Of a stretch of 64,000 bases of DNA, positions 18,924 to 27,347 are shown piece after piece. This stretch comes from Chitinophagaceae bacterium (GTDB lineage: Bacteria > Bacteroidota > Bacteroidia > Chitinophagales > UBA10324): NCBI GenBank assembly GCA_947474435.1, contig CANJII010000015.1:12321-76320 (forward strand), given 5' to 3'. Each line of letters begins with the position of its first letter. Positions within the stretch are counted from its first letter, which is position 1. Below the pieces are notes generated by a model. That model saw nothing but the letters and a program-made list of their open reading frames with translations. It was not told the DNA's origin and searched no databases. Made by a program: the position numbers and the translations under genes.

Positions 18924-20453
18924 ATGAAAATAAAAATATTACTTTCAATTATTTTCTCGACAATATTACTATCAAATTCAAATGCACAGCCGTCTATTCA
19001 ATGGGAAAAGTCTTTAGGCGGGACTGGTTTTGATTATGCCTATTCCATCAGACAAACTTACGATGGTGGTTATATTGTTGCCGGTTCATCCGCTTCAAAT
19101 GATGGAGATGTAACAGGAAATCATGGTGGTGAAGATGTATGGGTTGTTAAACTTAATAATTTCGGTTCGATTGATTGGCAAAAATCGTATGGGGGAACTG
19201 GAAGGGATATTGCTCATGATATTCTACAAACTTCTGACGGTGGATATATTATTGCAGGGACATCAAATTCAAATGATGGTGATGTTACAAATAATCACGG
19301 AAATTATGACGCTTGGATTATTAAAATTTCTTATTCTGGAGTTATTGAATGGGAGAGGTCATATGGGGCCGCTACAGATGATGAAGGAGCAAATTCTATA
19401 TGTCAAACTTTTAACGGAGGATATTGTTTTGCTGGTAAAAGCCAATATAGTTTTTATATTGTTGAAATAACCACTTTAGGAAACATTATTTCAGCTTCTT
19501 ATGTAGGTGGAAATAGTCTAGAAGAAGCAAATTCTATAATACAAATTGCTGACAGCGGATACATTGTTGCAGGTTCAACTCGATCAACAAATCTAACTTG
19601 GTTTCATGGTAACAGCTCTAGTGATAATTATGATGTTGTAATTTATAAAAAATCAAATGGTACTGCTTGGCAGAGTTCATGGTGGAAATGTTATGGAGGA
19701 ACAGGAAACGATTATAGTCAGTCCATAAAACAAACTAATGATGGTGGGTATATTCTTACAGGATTGACGGGTTCAAACGATGGTGATGCTGAACCAGGAA
19801 TTCATGGTACATTATGGGTTTTGAAATTACTAAGTTCTGGTATTATTGAATGGGAAAAATCGTTGGGAGCAGTAACTCAAACATATGGTTACTCAATAGA
19901 TTTAACTAACGATAATGGCTATATAATCGCGGGAAAATCTATAGCAAATGGTGGGGATGTCACAGGAAACCATGGGTATAATGACTATTGGGTTGTTAAA
20001 CTGAATAATGATGGTGATATTCAATGGCAGAAATCATTAGGAGGCTCTTTATATGATGAAGCATTTGCTGTTCATCAAACCAATGACAATGGATATATCA
20101 TTGCTGGATTTTCAGGATCAGAAAATGGTGATGTTACAAATCATCATGGAAATTATGATTTTTGGATTGTAAAATTGGATGAATGGTCTGGTATAAATTT
20201 GAATTCAATTTCTACCGAATTGAAAGCTTTCCCTTCACCTGTATCTGATGTTTTAACTTTTGAAACATCAAAGGGAATGTTTATTGAAGAAATAATATTT
20301 ACAGATATAATTGGTAGAAAAGTTTATACGCTATCAAATATTCAAAAATCCATTGGCAAAACAAATATTAAAATTTTTTCACCTGGAATCTATTTTGCAA
20401 GTGTGCTATTTTCAAATGGAAATATTATTGTAAAAAAAATAATTAAAGAGTGA
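18924..20453 (+). CDS. T9SS type-A cargo with seven ~58-aa repeats (probable 7-bladed beta-propeller)
   Basis: 509 aa. Signal peptide. Repeats follow W.KS.GG.G.D.A..I.QT.DGGYI.AG.S.SNDGDVTGNHG..D.W..KL; five are clear and two are degenerate. C-terminal FPSPVSDVL...PGIYFASV sorting domain. Confidence 0.75.
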   Translation: MKIKILLSIIFSTILLSNSNAQPSIQWEKSLGGTGFDYAYSIRQTYDGGYIVAGSSASNDGDVTGNHGGEDVWVVKLNNFGSIDWQKSYGGTGRDIAHDILQTSDGGYIIAGTSNSNDGDVTNNHGNYDAWIIKISYSGVIEWERSYGAATDDEGANSICQTFNGGYCFAGKSQYSFYIVEITTLGNIISASYVGGNSLEEANSIIQIADSGYIVAGSTRSTNLTWFHGNSSSDNYDVVIYKKSNGTAWQSSWWKCYGGTGNDYSQSIKQTNDGGYILTGLTGSNDGDAEPGIHGTLWVLKLLSSGIIEWEKSLGAVTQTYGYSIDLTNDNGYIIAGKSIANGGDVTGNHGYNDYWVVKLNNDGDIQWQKSLGGSLYDEAFAVHQTNDNGYIIAGFSGSENGDVTNHHGNYDFWIVKLDEWSGINLNSISTELKAFPSPVSDVLTFETSKGMFIEEIIFTDIIGRKVYTLSNIQKSIGKTNIKIFSPGIYFASVLFSNGNIIVKKIIKE

Positions 20454-20938
20454 AAATTAAACATTGGAGTACTGTATTTGCAGCTATTTTCTTCATGATT
20501 ACTACTATTTTAGTTAGTAATAAAATCATTGAAATTCATTTTTTTCTTGGAATTATTATTTCAATTGCAACTATTTATTACGGCCATTTAAAATATAAAA
20601 TTGAAGATGATAAAATGTTCAAAGAATTATTTGATGATTTTAATAAAAGATATGATGATAAATTTAATGACTTAATTAATGAAATTAGGGATGGTTATAT
20701 TTCTGAATTAACCAGAGAACAGAAAAATAAAATTATCGACTACTTCAATTTATGTGCTGAAGAATTTTTATGGTATAAAAAAGGAAGAATACCTTTTGAT
20801 GTTTGGAGTGCATGGAAAAGTGGAATGATAGCAAATATTCAAATTCCATTGGTATATCGTATTTACAAGCTAGAAATTTCCAATACGAATATTTTGATAT
20901 CTTACTACGAATTGATAACTGAATTGGAAATAAAATAA
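20450..20938 (+). CDS. hypothetical two-TM membrane protein
   Basis: 162 aa. The GTG start overlaps the upstream stop (GTGA). Two hydrophobic helices are followed by a charged ~110-aa domain. No family recognised; the start is uncertain (alternative ATG 20495). Confidence 0.45.
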   Translation: MKIKHWSTVFAAIFFMITTILVSNKIIEIHFFLGIIISIATIYYGHLKYKIEDDKMFKELFDDFNKRYDDKFNDLINEIRDGYISELTREQKNKIIDYFNLCAEEFLWYKKGRIPFDVWSAWKSGMIANIQIPLVYRIYKLEISNTNILISYYELITELEIK

Positions 20939-20942
20939 AATT

Positions 20943-22748
20943 CTAAAAATTCACCATTCTCACAACCGGATACCGGTTATAAGAATTCTCGAAATATTGT
21001 GAGTGCTTGTAAATAAAATCTAATTGCATAGCCGGAGTTTTTACGAAGTCGGGATTGTTTTTCTTTTCCTGTTCGAATAAATTTTTCAATTGCGCATCGG
21101 ACTGTAACAGTTGAAATGCTTTATCCTCCCACACATAATCACTGAAGTATTCCTTTTGTGCCAGTACTCCGTCAAAATAATTCCAGGCAAAAAATCCATC
21201 ACTGCTTTGCGGCTCCATTGTTTCAACAATGAATTTATTTGTGGGTTGATTCACTTTCACCATTACATCACCTGCATACATGCGAATCATTTGTGTGTCT
21301 TTCTTTACTGTAACAGAATTGTGCAGGTAGTGCGACTCATACGGATGGTCGGGTGATTTGTAGTCGGTTATGTAGTACACTTCCACTTTCATGAGGGTGT
21401 CTCTCGAAAGTTCCTGCATCAGTACTCCGTTGTTTTGAAAAATAGAAATTAGTTTTTTACTGTATTGCGGAATGATATATGCAACCGGTTTTTGAATTTC
21501 CACTGACGGAATAAATGAATTGAAAAACGGAATTTGTTTAGTGTAAGGTTTATCGCGATTATAAAATAATCGTGGTGCACCTGTTACATCACTTGGTTTG
21601 CGTTCGGCTTCGTAACCTTTAAATAGAATAGTGGTAACTGAAGTGAAATCAGGTTTGAAATTCATTGAGAACAATTGTTGGTGTGCAACTGCATCATCTG
21701 CTTTCACATGCAACTGATGAATGGTTTTGTAATCGTCATTTGCTTTCTGCATCCAGCAATTCAGAAAAGCATAAGTTGAATGCACACGCTGTGCAAATGG
21801 TTTGAGCATGTGTGTTTCAGTGACAAAACCAATGCAGTTAAACAACGAAGCATAACCGGTAGAAAATTTAGGAGATTCTAAAAACTCCACAATGCCTGAA
21901 TCGGGAGTTTCTTTTAATTCATTCACATACGGAGTCATCTCAAAATTCTTCTTAATCATTTCGGCATTCATGTACGGCACTAAAATTTTCTGCTCGTAGT
22001 CAGCAAGCAATGGTTGCAACTTGTTGTGCTGAGTCGCGATGTAGGTCATGGTGTATTGATAATCGGCGCCATCGCTTACATGTGTATCCACAAACCAATC
22101 AGGTTTCCATTCGGTAAAAATATTTTCGAATGAAAAAGTTTCTGCTGCATCGTTCTTAATAAAATCGCGATTGAGGTCGAGGTTTTGAATGGTGCCGCGG
22201 AAACCTGATTCTTCAGGTCCATCCTGATTGGCGCGTGAGCAACAACTTCTGTTCAATGCACCACTGATATTGTAAACCGGAATGATGAGCAGCACCACAT
22301 GTTCAAGCAGCGGTTTCATTTCTTTCTTCATCACTAAATCGCGGGCGAGCATCATGCACGCATCCACGCCATCGGGCTCGCCTGGGTGAATTGCATTGTT
22401 GACGAGCAACACTGCTTTGTTTTCTCTGTTTACTTCCGATGATTTTGAAATTCCTTCCTTAGAAACAACAACCAGATTCAGCGGCTTACCAATACTCGTG
22501 GTTCCATACTGTAACACTTTCACTTCATTTGAAAATGAACTGAGTTGTTTGTAGTAGGCAATGCACTCTTGATATGTAGCAGATTGCTTGCCTCCGCTTT
22601 TTTCGAAAGGAGTAAGAAGAGAGTCAGTCAGCTCCATCTCTATCTCTTCCCCAAAGGGGAAGAGAACAGTCTCGGATGGTTTGCTTTCACTAAAATTATT
22701 CGTTGAATAAAAAGTAAGGAGGGTGGAAATGACAATGAGGAAATTCAT
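20943..22748 (-). CDS. M14 family zinc carboxypeptidase
   Basis: 601 aa. Signal-peptide-like N-terminus and zinc motif NAIHPGEPDG. The mature domain starts near LTPFEKSGGKQSATYQE. Confidence 0.75.
   Translation of the reverse strand: MNFLIVISTLLTFYSTNNFSESKPSETVLFPFGEEIEMELTDSLLTPFEKSGGKQSATYQECIAYYKQLSSFSNEVKVLQYGTTSIGKPLNLVVVSKEGISKSSEVNRENKAVLLVNNAIHPGEPDGVDACMMLARDLVMKKEMKPLLEHVVLLIIPVYNISGALNRSCCSRANQDGPEESGFRGTIQNLDLNRDFIKNDAAETFSFENIFTEWKPDWFVDTHVSDGADYQYTMTYIATQHNKLQPLLADYEQKILVPYMNAEMIKKNFEMTPYVNELKETPDSGIVEFLESPKFSTGYASLFNCIGFVTETHMLKPFAQRVHSTYAFLNCWMQKANDDYKTIHQLHVKADDAVAHQQLFSMNFKPDFTSVTTILFKGYEAERKPSDVTGAPRLFYNRDKPYTKQIPFFNSFIPSVEIQKPVAYIIPQYSKKLISIFQNNGVLMQELSRDTLMKVEVYYITDYKSPDHPYESHYLHNSVTVKKDTQMIRMYAGDVMVKVNQPTNKFIVETMEPQSSDGFFAWNYFDGVLAQKEYFSDYVWEDKAFQLLQSDAQLKNLFEQEKKNNPDFVKTPAMQLDFIYKHSQYFENSYNRYPVVRMVNF
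22634..22667. repeat. 34-nt palindromic dispersed element, copy inside the M14 peptidase ORF
   Basis: ccatctctatctcttccccaaaggggaagagaac. The 9-bp stem ctcttcccc/ggggaagag has an aaa loop. I count 30 of 34 positions identical to 39789..39822. Confidence 0.8.
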
Positions 22749-22802
22749 TTCCGAAAAATGGAGAAATAAAAATTAAGAATGAAAAATACTTGAAGAACAT
22801 TT

Positions 22803-22841
22803 CACGCAAAGAAAATTAAGGAGCAAAGCCGCAAAGAATTT
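22803..22841. repeat. solo copy of GC-rich GCA[GA]AG-type element
   Basis: cacgcaaagaaaattaaggagcaaagccgcaaagaattt. The 3' 24 nt match one arm of the 42882..42940 inverted repeat at about 20 of 24 positions. Confidence 0.55.
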
Positions 22842-22855
22842 CTAAATAAAAATAT

Positions 22856-23182
22856 TTATTTCAACTTCTCATTCTGCTGATGTCGTTCAGCATCGCGGTT
22901 ATTTTTTTTCTCGAAATTTTTTTTCAATGCTTCTTCCAGATTAATTCCGGTTTGATTGGCGATGCAGATTAATACGAACAATACATCTGCTAATTCATCA
23001 CTGAGTTCTTTGTCTTTATCAGATTCCTTATATGATTGCTCACCATATTTTCTTGCAATAATTCTTGCCACCTCTCCTACTTCTTCAGTGAGCATTGCCA
23101 TGTTGGTGAGTTCGTTGAAATATCGGACTCCGGTGGTTTTAATCCAATTGTCAACGGATTGTTGTGCATGAGTTATGGTCAT
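22856..23182 (-). CDS. MazG-like nucleotide pyrophosphohydrolase (small, single domain)
   Basis: 108 aa. EEVGEVARII...ELADVLFVLICIAN motifs (the EExxE/ExxD metal sites of the MazG fold). Confidence 0.8.
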   Translation of the reverse strand: MTITHAQQSVDNWIKTTGVRYFNELTNMAMLTEEVGEVARIIARKYGEQSYKESDKDKELSDELADVLFVLICIANQTGINLEEALKKNFEKKNNRDAERHQQNEKLK

Positions 23183-23323
23183 TTAATTAGTTTCTGTTTG
23201 CAATAAATGTATAAAATATCCATTTGTAAAATACCCTGATTATCACAGGTACTAAAAACTTTGAATGAATACTTTTACAAAATTCAATTGAAAAATAATT
23301 TCATCAAAAATTAATTTTAAAAA

Positions 23324-24739
23324 ATGAAAATAATTTCTTCTCTCACCATTTTTTTGGGCCTGCTAACAATATCATCTTCAGCAACAACATGGTTGGTAGG
23401 CCCTGCACATGTTTACACCATGCCAAGTCAGGTGTCACTATTAGTGTCTGATGGTGATACTGTTGCAATTGATGCCGGAGTTTATATTTCTGATGTTGCC
23501 AAGTGGACTGCTAATAATCTTTTATTAAAAGGTGTTGGCGGAATGGCTCATTTAAAAGCGAACGGAGCAAATTACGGTGGTAAAGCAATCTGGGTAATTG
23601 CAGGAAATAACACAACAGTTGATTCAATAGAATTTTCACTGTGCTCGTGTGTGGACCAGAATGGAGCAGGCATTCGTCAGGAAGGAATTAATCTCACAGT
23701 TAGTCATTGTTATTTTCATGATAATGAAGATGGAATTCTGGCCGGTGATAATATCACAAGTGACATCATTATTGAGCACTCTGAGTTTTACAACAATGGT
23801 TTTGGAGATGGATACTCCCATAATTTATACATTAATCATGTAAACAGTTTAACATTTCGTTACAACTATTCGCATCATGCACACATTGGTCATGAGTTGA
23901 AGAGCCGCGCTTACAACAATTATATTTTATACAACCGATTGAGTAACGAAGCAACAGGAGATGCAAGTCGCGAAATGGATTTACCCAATGGGGGCTTGGC
24001 AATTATTATCGGCAATGAAATAGAACAGGGCCCCAACACGCAGAACTCAAATATTATTGGATATGGTTTAGAAGGATTATCCAATCCAACTTCCGAAATT
24101 TATTTAATCAATAACACCATTGTAAATGATAAAACAAATGGTTCGTTCGTGAATATTCAGAATGGAACTTCGGTTTGCAAAGCAGTGAATAATATTTTTG
24201 CAGGCCCCGGAACAATTTTTCTTGGAAACGCAACAACCATTGATACATCAAATAATTGGTATTTATCTATTGCAGCCGCAGGAATGGTGGATGCTCCAAA
24301 TTTTAATTATCATTTACTTTCCACATGCTCAGCAATTAATAATGGAATTAATCCGGGAATGGCAAATACTTTTTCGTTGACTCCGGAGTTTGAATATCAG
24401 GATACAGCAGAAAGTATATCGCGTGTAGTAAATGGTCAGATAGATATTGGTGCGCATGAATTCGGAACTCCATCAACAACAAATTCTATTTCAACTGAAA
24501 ATTATTTTTCAGTTTACCCAAATCCCTCGAATGGAATTTTTTTTCTCGAAAATATTTTTTCAAAAACAGGAAATACAAAAATTGAAATCTATAATCCGGT
24601 TGGTGAAATAATTTACTGCATTGTAAATGCAGAACAAAAAATCAATATTGATTTTGAAATTATTCCCTCAGGAATTTATTTTCTGAAAATTGAATCCGGA
24701 AATTTTATTGCAACAAAAAGAATTTCAATTGTGAAATAA
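23324..24739 (+). CDS. right-handed parallel beta-helix protein, T9SS type-A cargo
   Basis: 471 aa. Signal peptide; NGAGIRQEG...HDNEDGILAG...GYSHNLYINH...GHELKSRAYNN..YNR beta-helix repeats; C-terminal VYPNPSNGIF...SGIYFLKIE. Confidence 0.7.
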   Translation: MKIISSLTIFLGLLTISSSATTWLVGPAHVYTMPSQVSLLVSDGDTVAIDAGVYISDVAKWTANNLLLKGVGGMAHLKANGANYGGKAIWVIAGNNTTVDSIEFSLCSCVDQNGAGIRQEGINLTVSHCYFHDNEDGILAGDNITSDIIIEHSEFYNNGFGDGYSHNLYINHVNSLTFRYNYSHHAHIGHELKSRAYNNYILYNRLSNEATGDASREMDLPNGGLAIIIGNEIEQGPNTQNSNIIGYGLEGLSNPTSEIYLINNTIVNDKTNGSFVNIQNGTSVCKAVNNIFAGPGTIFLGNATTIDTSNNWYLSIAAAGMVDAPNFNYHLLSTCSAINNGINPGMANTFSLTPEFEYQDTAESISRVVNGQIDIGAHEFGTPSTTNSISTENYFSVYPNPSNGIFFLENIFSKTGNTKIEIYNPVGEIIYCIVNAEQKINIDFEIIPSGIYFLKIESGNFIATKRISIVK

Positions 24740-24761
24740 TTAGTATTCAAATATAATTTCA

Positions 24762-26372
24762 ATGAAAAAAATATACACCCTTGTCTTCCTTGTTTCGATT
24801 TCCATTTTAATTACTGCAACCTGTCAAGCGAATTTCATCTCAGCTAATTCGGGCAATTACACAACTTACCTTTCTTCGCTTACTGCCGGTGATACACTTT
24901 TTCTTGCATCAGGAACTTACATAAATAATTTAACGCTCAATGTAATTAACGGAACTTCTACACAACCCATTGTAATAACGGGAGATGGAAATACCACTGT
25001 TTTTCAAGGTCAAGTTTGTTGCAACACAGTAAGTATTACACAATGTTCCTATCTCGAAATAAAAAATTTGCAACTCGATGGAATGAATCAATTTGTTGAT
25101 GCGGTAAAAGCTGAAGGAACTAATGGCAATTGGGCGCATCACATCACCATCGAAAATCTGAATATCATCAATTATGGATTCGACCAGCAATCGGTTGGCA
25201 TCAGCACCAAGTGCAGTGCGTGGAATTGGATCATCAGAAAAAATAAAATCATTGGTGCAGGAACTGGAATGTACCTTGGAAATTCGGATGGTACCCGTCC
25301 GTTTGTGAATGGATTAATTGAAAATAATTTTATTGCAAACACAATCGGATACAATATTGAAATCAAGCATCAGCTCGATACGGTGCGCGACAATTTTGCC
25401 GGAACAGCAGTGAACGGCATAACAATTATCCGTTACAATGTGTTTACAAAAGACAGCAAATCATCAACAGGAGGAAACGCGCGGCCGAATCTTTTAGTTG
25501 GCGGATTTCCATTGACAGGCTGGGGTGCTTTGGATTATTACGAGATATACGGAAATTTTTTTTACAACAATCCGGTTGAAGCATTATTTCAGGGAACAGG
25601 AAACATTATGCTATACGATAATATTTTTGTGAATCATTTTGATCCGGCAGGAGTTCGTGCGGTTTATATCACACCACAAAACGGAGTATCGCCGCAGAAT
25701 ATAAAAGTGTTTCACAATACAATTTGGGCTTTAAATTCTTCGGGGGCAATACGGCTTTACAATCCAAACACCAGTTATCAGCAGTACTGCCATGGCAATG
25801 TTGTTTGTGCTCCATTACCAATTACAAATTTTACTGACTCACTCAATAATATAACCGACAGTTATTCGAATGCAGGAAATTATTTTTTGTCAGCAACTGC
25901 AAATATTAATTCACTTGATCTGTATCCACAAAGCGGTCAACTCACCGGAGCAATAACTCCTTCAACTCTTTTTCAAATTGATACTGACTGGAATAAAGAT
26001 TTTAACGATGCTGTTTATGACTGGACTTTTCGTGGTGCTTATTCCGGTTGTTGCGTAAATAATGGATGGCAATTGCAATTAGATACAATGCCAACACATT
26101 CTCAATTGCCAAATTCAGTTTCCGGATTGAATGACGATGGTATTGAAATAAATATTTATCCCAATCCTTTTTCAAACACACTGGATATAAAATTATCAGA
26201 ACAAAATAATTTTATAATTGAAGTGACGAATTTGATTGGAGAAAAAATATTTCAAAATGAATTTTCAGGTTCAGAAATAGAAATTGATTTTGAAAATATT
26301 TCTGCGGGAATTTATTTTCTAAAAATAAAAATGACTGATAAAATAGTTATCAGAAAAATTATAAAACAATAA
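24762..26372 (+). CDS. beta-helix-like secreted protein, T9SS type-A cargo
   Basis: 536 aa. Signal peptide; repetitive N/G/I-rich beta-helix-like segments; C-terminal IYPNPFSNTL...AGIYFLKIK. Confidence 0.65.
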   Translation: MKKIYTLVFLVSISILITATCQANFISANSGNYTTYLSSLTAGDTLFLASGTYINNLTLNVINGTSTQPIVITGDGNTTVFQGQVCCNTVSITQCSYLEIKNLQLDGMNQFVDAVKAEGTNGNWAHHITIENLNIINYGFDQQSVGISTKCSAWNWIIRKNKIIGAGTGMYLGNSDGTRPFVNGLIENNFIANTIGYNIEIKHQLDTVRDNFAGTAVNGITIIRYNVFTKDSKSSTGGNARPNLLVGGFPLTGWGALDYYEIYGNFFYNNPVEALFQGTGNIMLYDNIFVNHFDPAGVRAVYITPQNGVSPQNIKVFHNTIWALNSSGAIRLYNPNTSYQQYCHGNVVCAPLPITNFTDSLNNITDSYSNAGNYFLSATANINSLDLYPQSGQLTGAITPSTLFQIDTDWNKDFNDAVYDWTFRGAYSGCCVNNGWQLQLDTMPTHSQLPNSVSGLNDDGIEINIYPNPFSNTLDIKLSEQNNFIIEVTNLIGEKIFQNEFSGSEIEIDFENISAGIYFLKIKMTDKIVIRKIIKQ

Positions 26373-26383
26373 TTGCTAAAAAC

Positions 26384-26417
26384 GGAAAAGGCATCCTCTT
26401 TTGAGGATGCCCTTTCC
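26384..26417. terminator. hairpin terminator between convergent genes
   Basis: ggaaaaggcatcctc-tttt-gaggatgccctttcc, with one mismatch. It lies 12 nt after the stop at 26372 and 21 nt after the minus-strand stop at 26439. Confidence 0.7.
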
Positions 26418-26438
26418 ATTGAAACTCGAACCAAGATT

Positions 26439-27134
26439 TTATTTCACTACAGTGAGTTTCATATTAAAGGTGATGACAGCATCTGAAACACGAACCATAT
26501 AAAGTCCTGCCGCAAAATTCTGAACAGAAAGTTTAATTAAATTTTCTCCCTGAATCAAAGAAACTGTTTCAGTATTAACTAATCTTTCTGTCATATCAAT
26601 AATCTGAACAGTGTAATTTCCTGATTGTGTTAAGTTCAGATTTAAGGTTGCATCTCGCTTTACCGGATTCGGATAAATTTTAGCTTGCGGAAAAATTCTT
26701 AATTCATTTATTGAAGTGCTTTCGTCAACATGAATAATAAAACTTGAAAAAGCATTAATATTCATACTGTCAAGCGCATCATAAATCTGAATATTTATTA
26801 ACCCATCACCAATATCATTATTAGGGTCAAGAATTAATTCAACAAAACCTGAGTCCATTGGATTAATTTCAAAATCTCCAAAATCATCTGCTGAAGAATG
26901 GCACGCATTGATATCACAAATTGCATTTACCCATGCAGGTTGAACCATTTGAACAATGCGGTGCCAGCGAAGGTGCAGTGTATCAGCAGAAAAATTAACT
27001 ATTGTAGCAAAACCATTAACAGTAACATTACCGGAAGTGCTCAAATAGGTAGTGTCGGGATGCATTGCAATAATTTGAGCATTGGCATATTGAACAAGTA
27101 CACTTAAAACAAAAAGCAACAGAATTTTTTTCAT
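26439..27134 (-). CDS. small T9SS type-A cargo protein
   Basis: 231 aa. Signal peptide ...VQYANAQ. The C-terminal 79 aa are almost identical to the CTD of 27348..29360. Confidence 0.75.
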   Translation of the reverse strand: MKKILLLFVLSVLVQYANAQIIAMHPDTTYLSTSGNVTVNGFATIVNFSADTLHLRWHRIVQMVQPAWVNAICDINACHSSADDFGDFEINPMDSGFVELILDPNNDIGDGLINIQIYDALDSMNINAFSSFIIHVDESTSINELRIFPQAKIYPNPVKRDATLNLNLTQSGNYTVQIIDMTERLVNTETVSLIQGENLIKLSVQNFAAGLYMVRVSDAVITFNMKLTVVK

Positions 27135-27293
27135 CGAACCAAAATTAAACCTATTAAGCGCACTATTATTTAAGCGATAAAAGTAGTTTGCATATATATT
27201 AAAAGAGTTTTTTTATACAGTTTCAGCTATGGTAATTTATTTTTTCTTTAAACAAAACCCAGGGTTCCTGCTTCATTTAAAAGGTTTGAAAAC

Positions 27294-27327
27294 AGAAAGG
27301 GCATCGTCTTTCGACGATGCCCTTTCT
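27294..27327 (-). terminator. perfect 15-bp hairpin terminator after the PKD cargo gene
   Basis: agaaagggcatcgtc-tttc-gacgatgccctttct. On the minus strand it is followed by a U-rich tail (gttttcaaacctttt). Confidence 0.75.
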
Positions 27328-27347
27328 GTATAACCTTGAACCAATTT

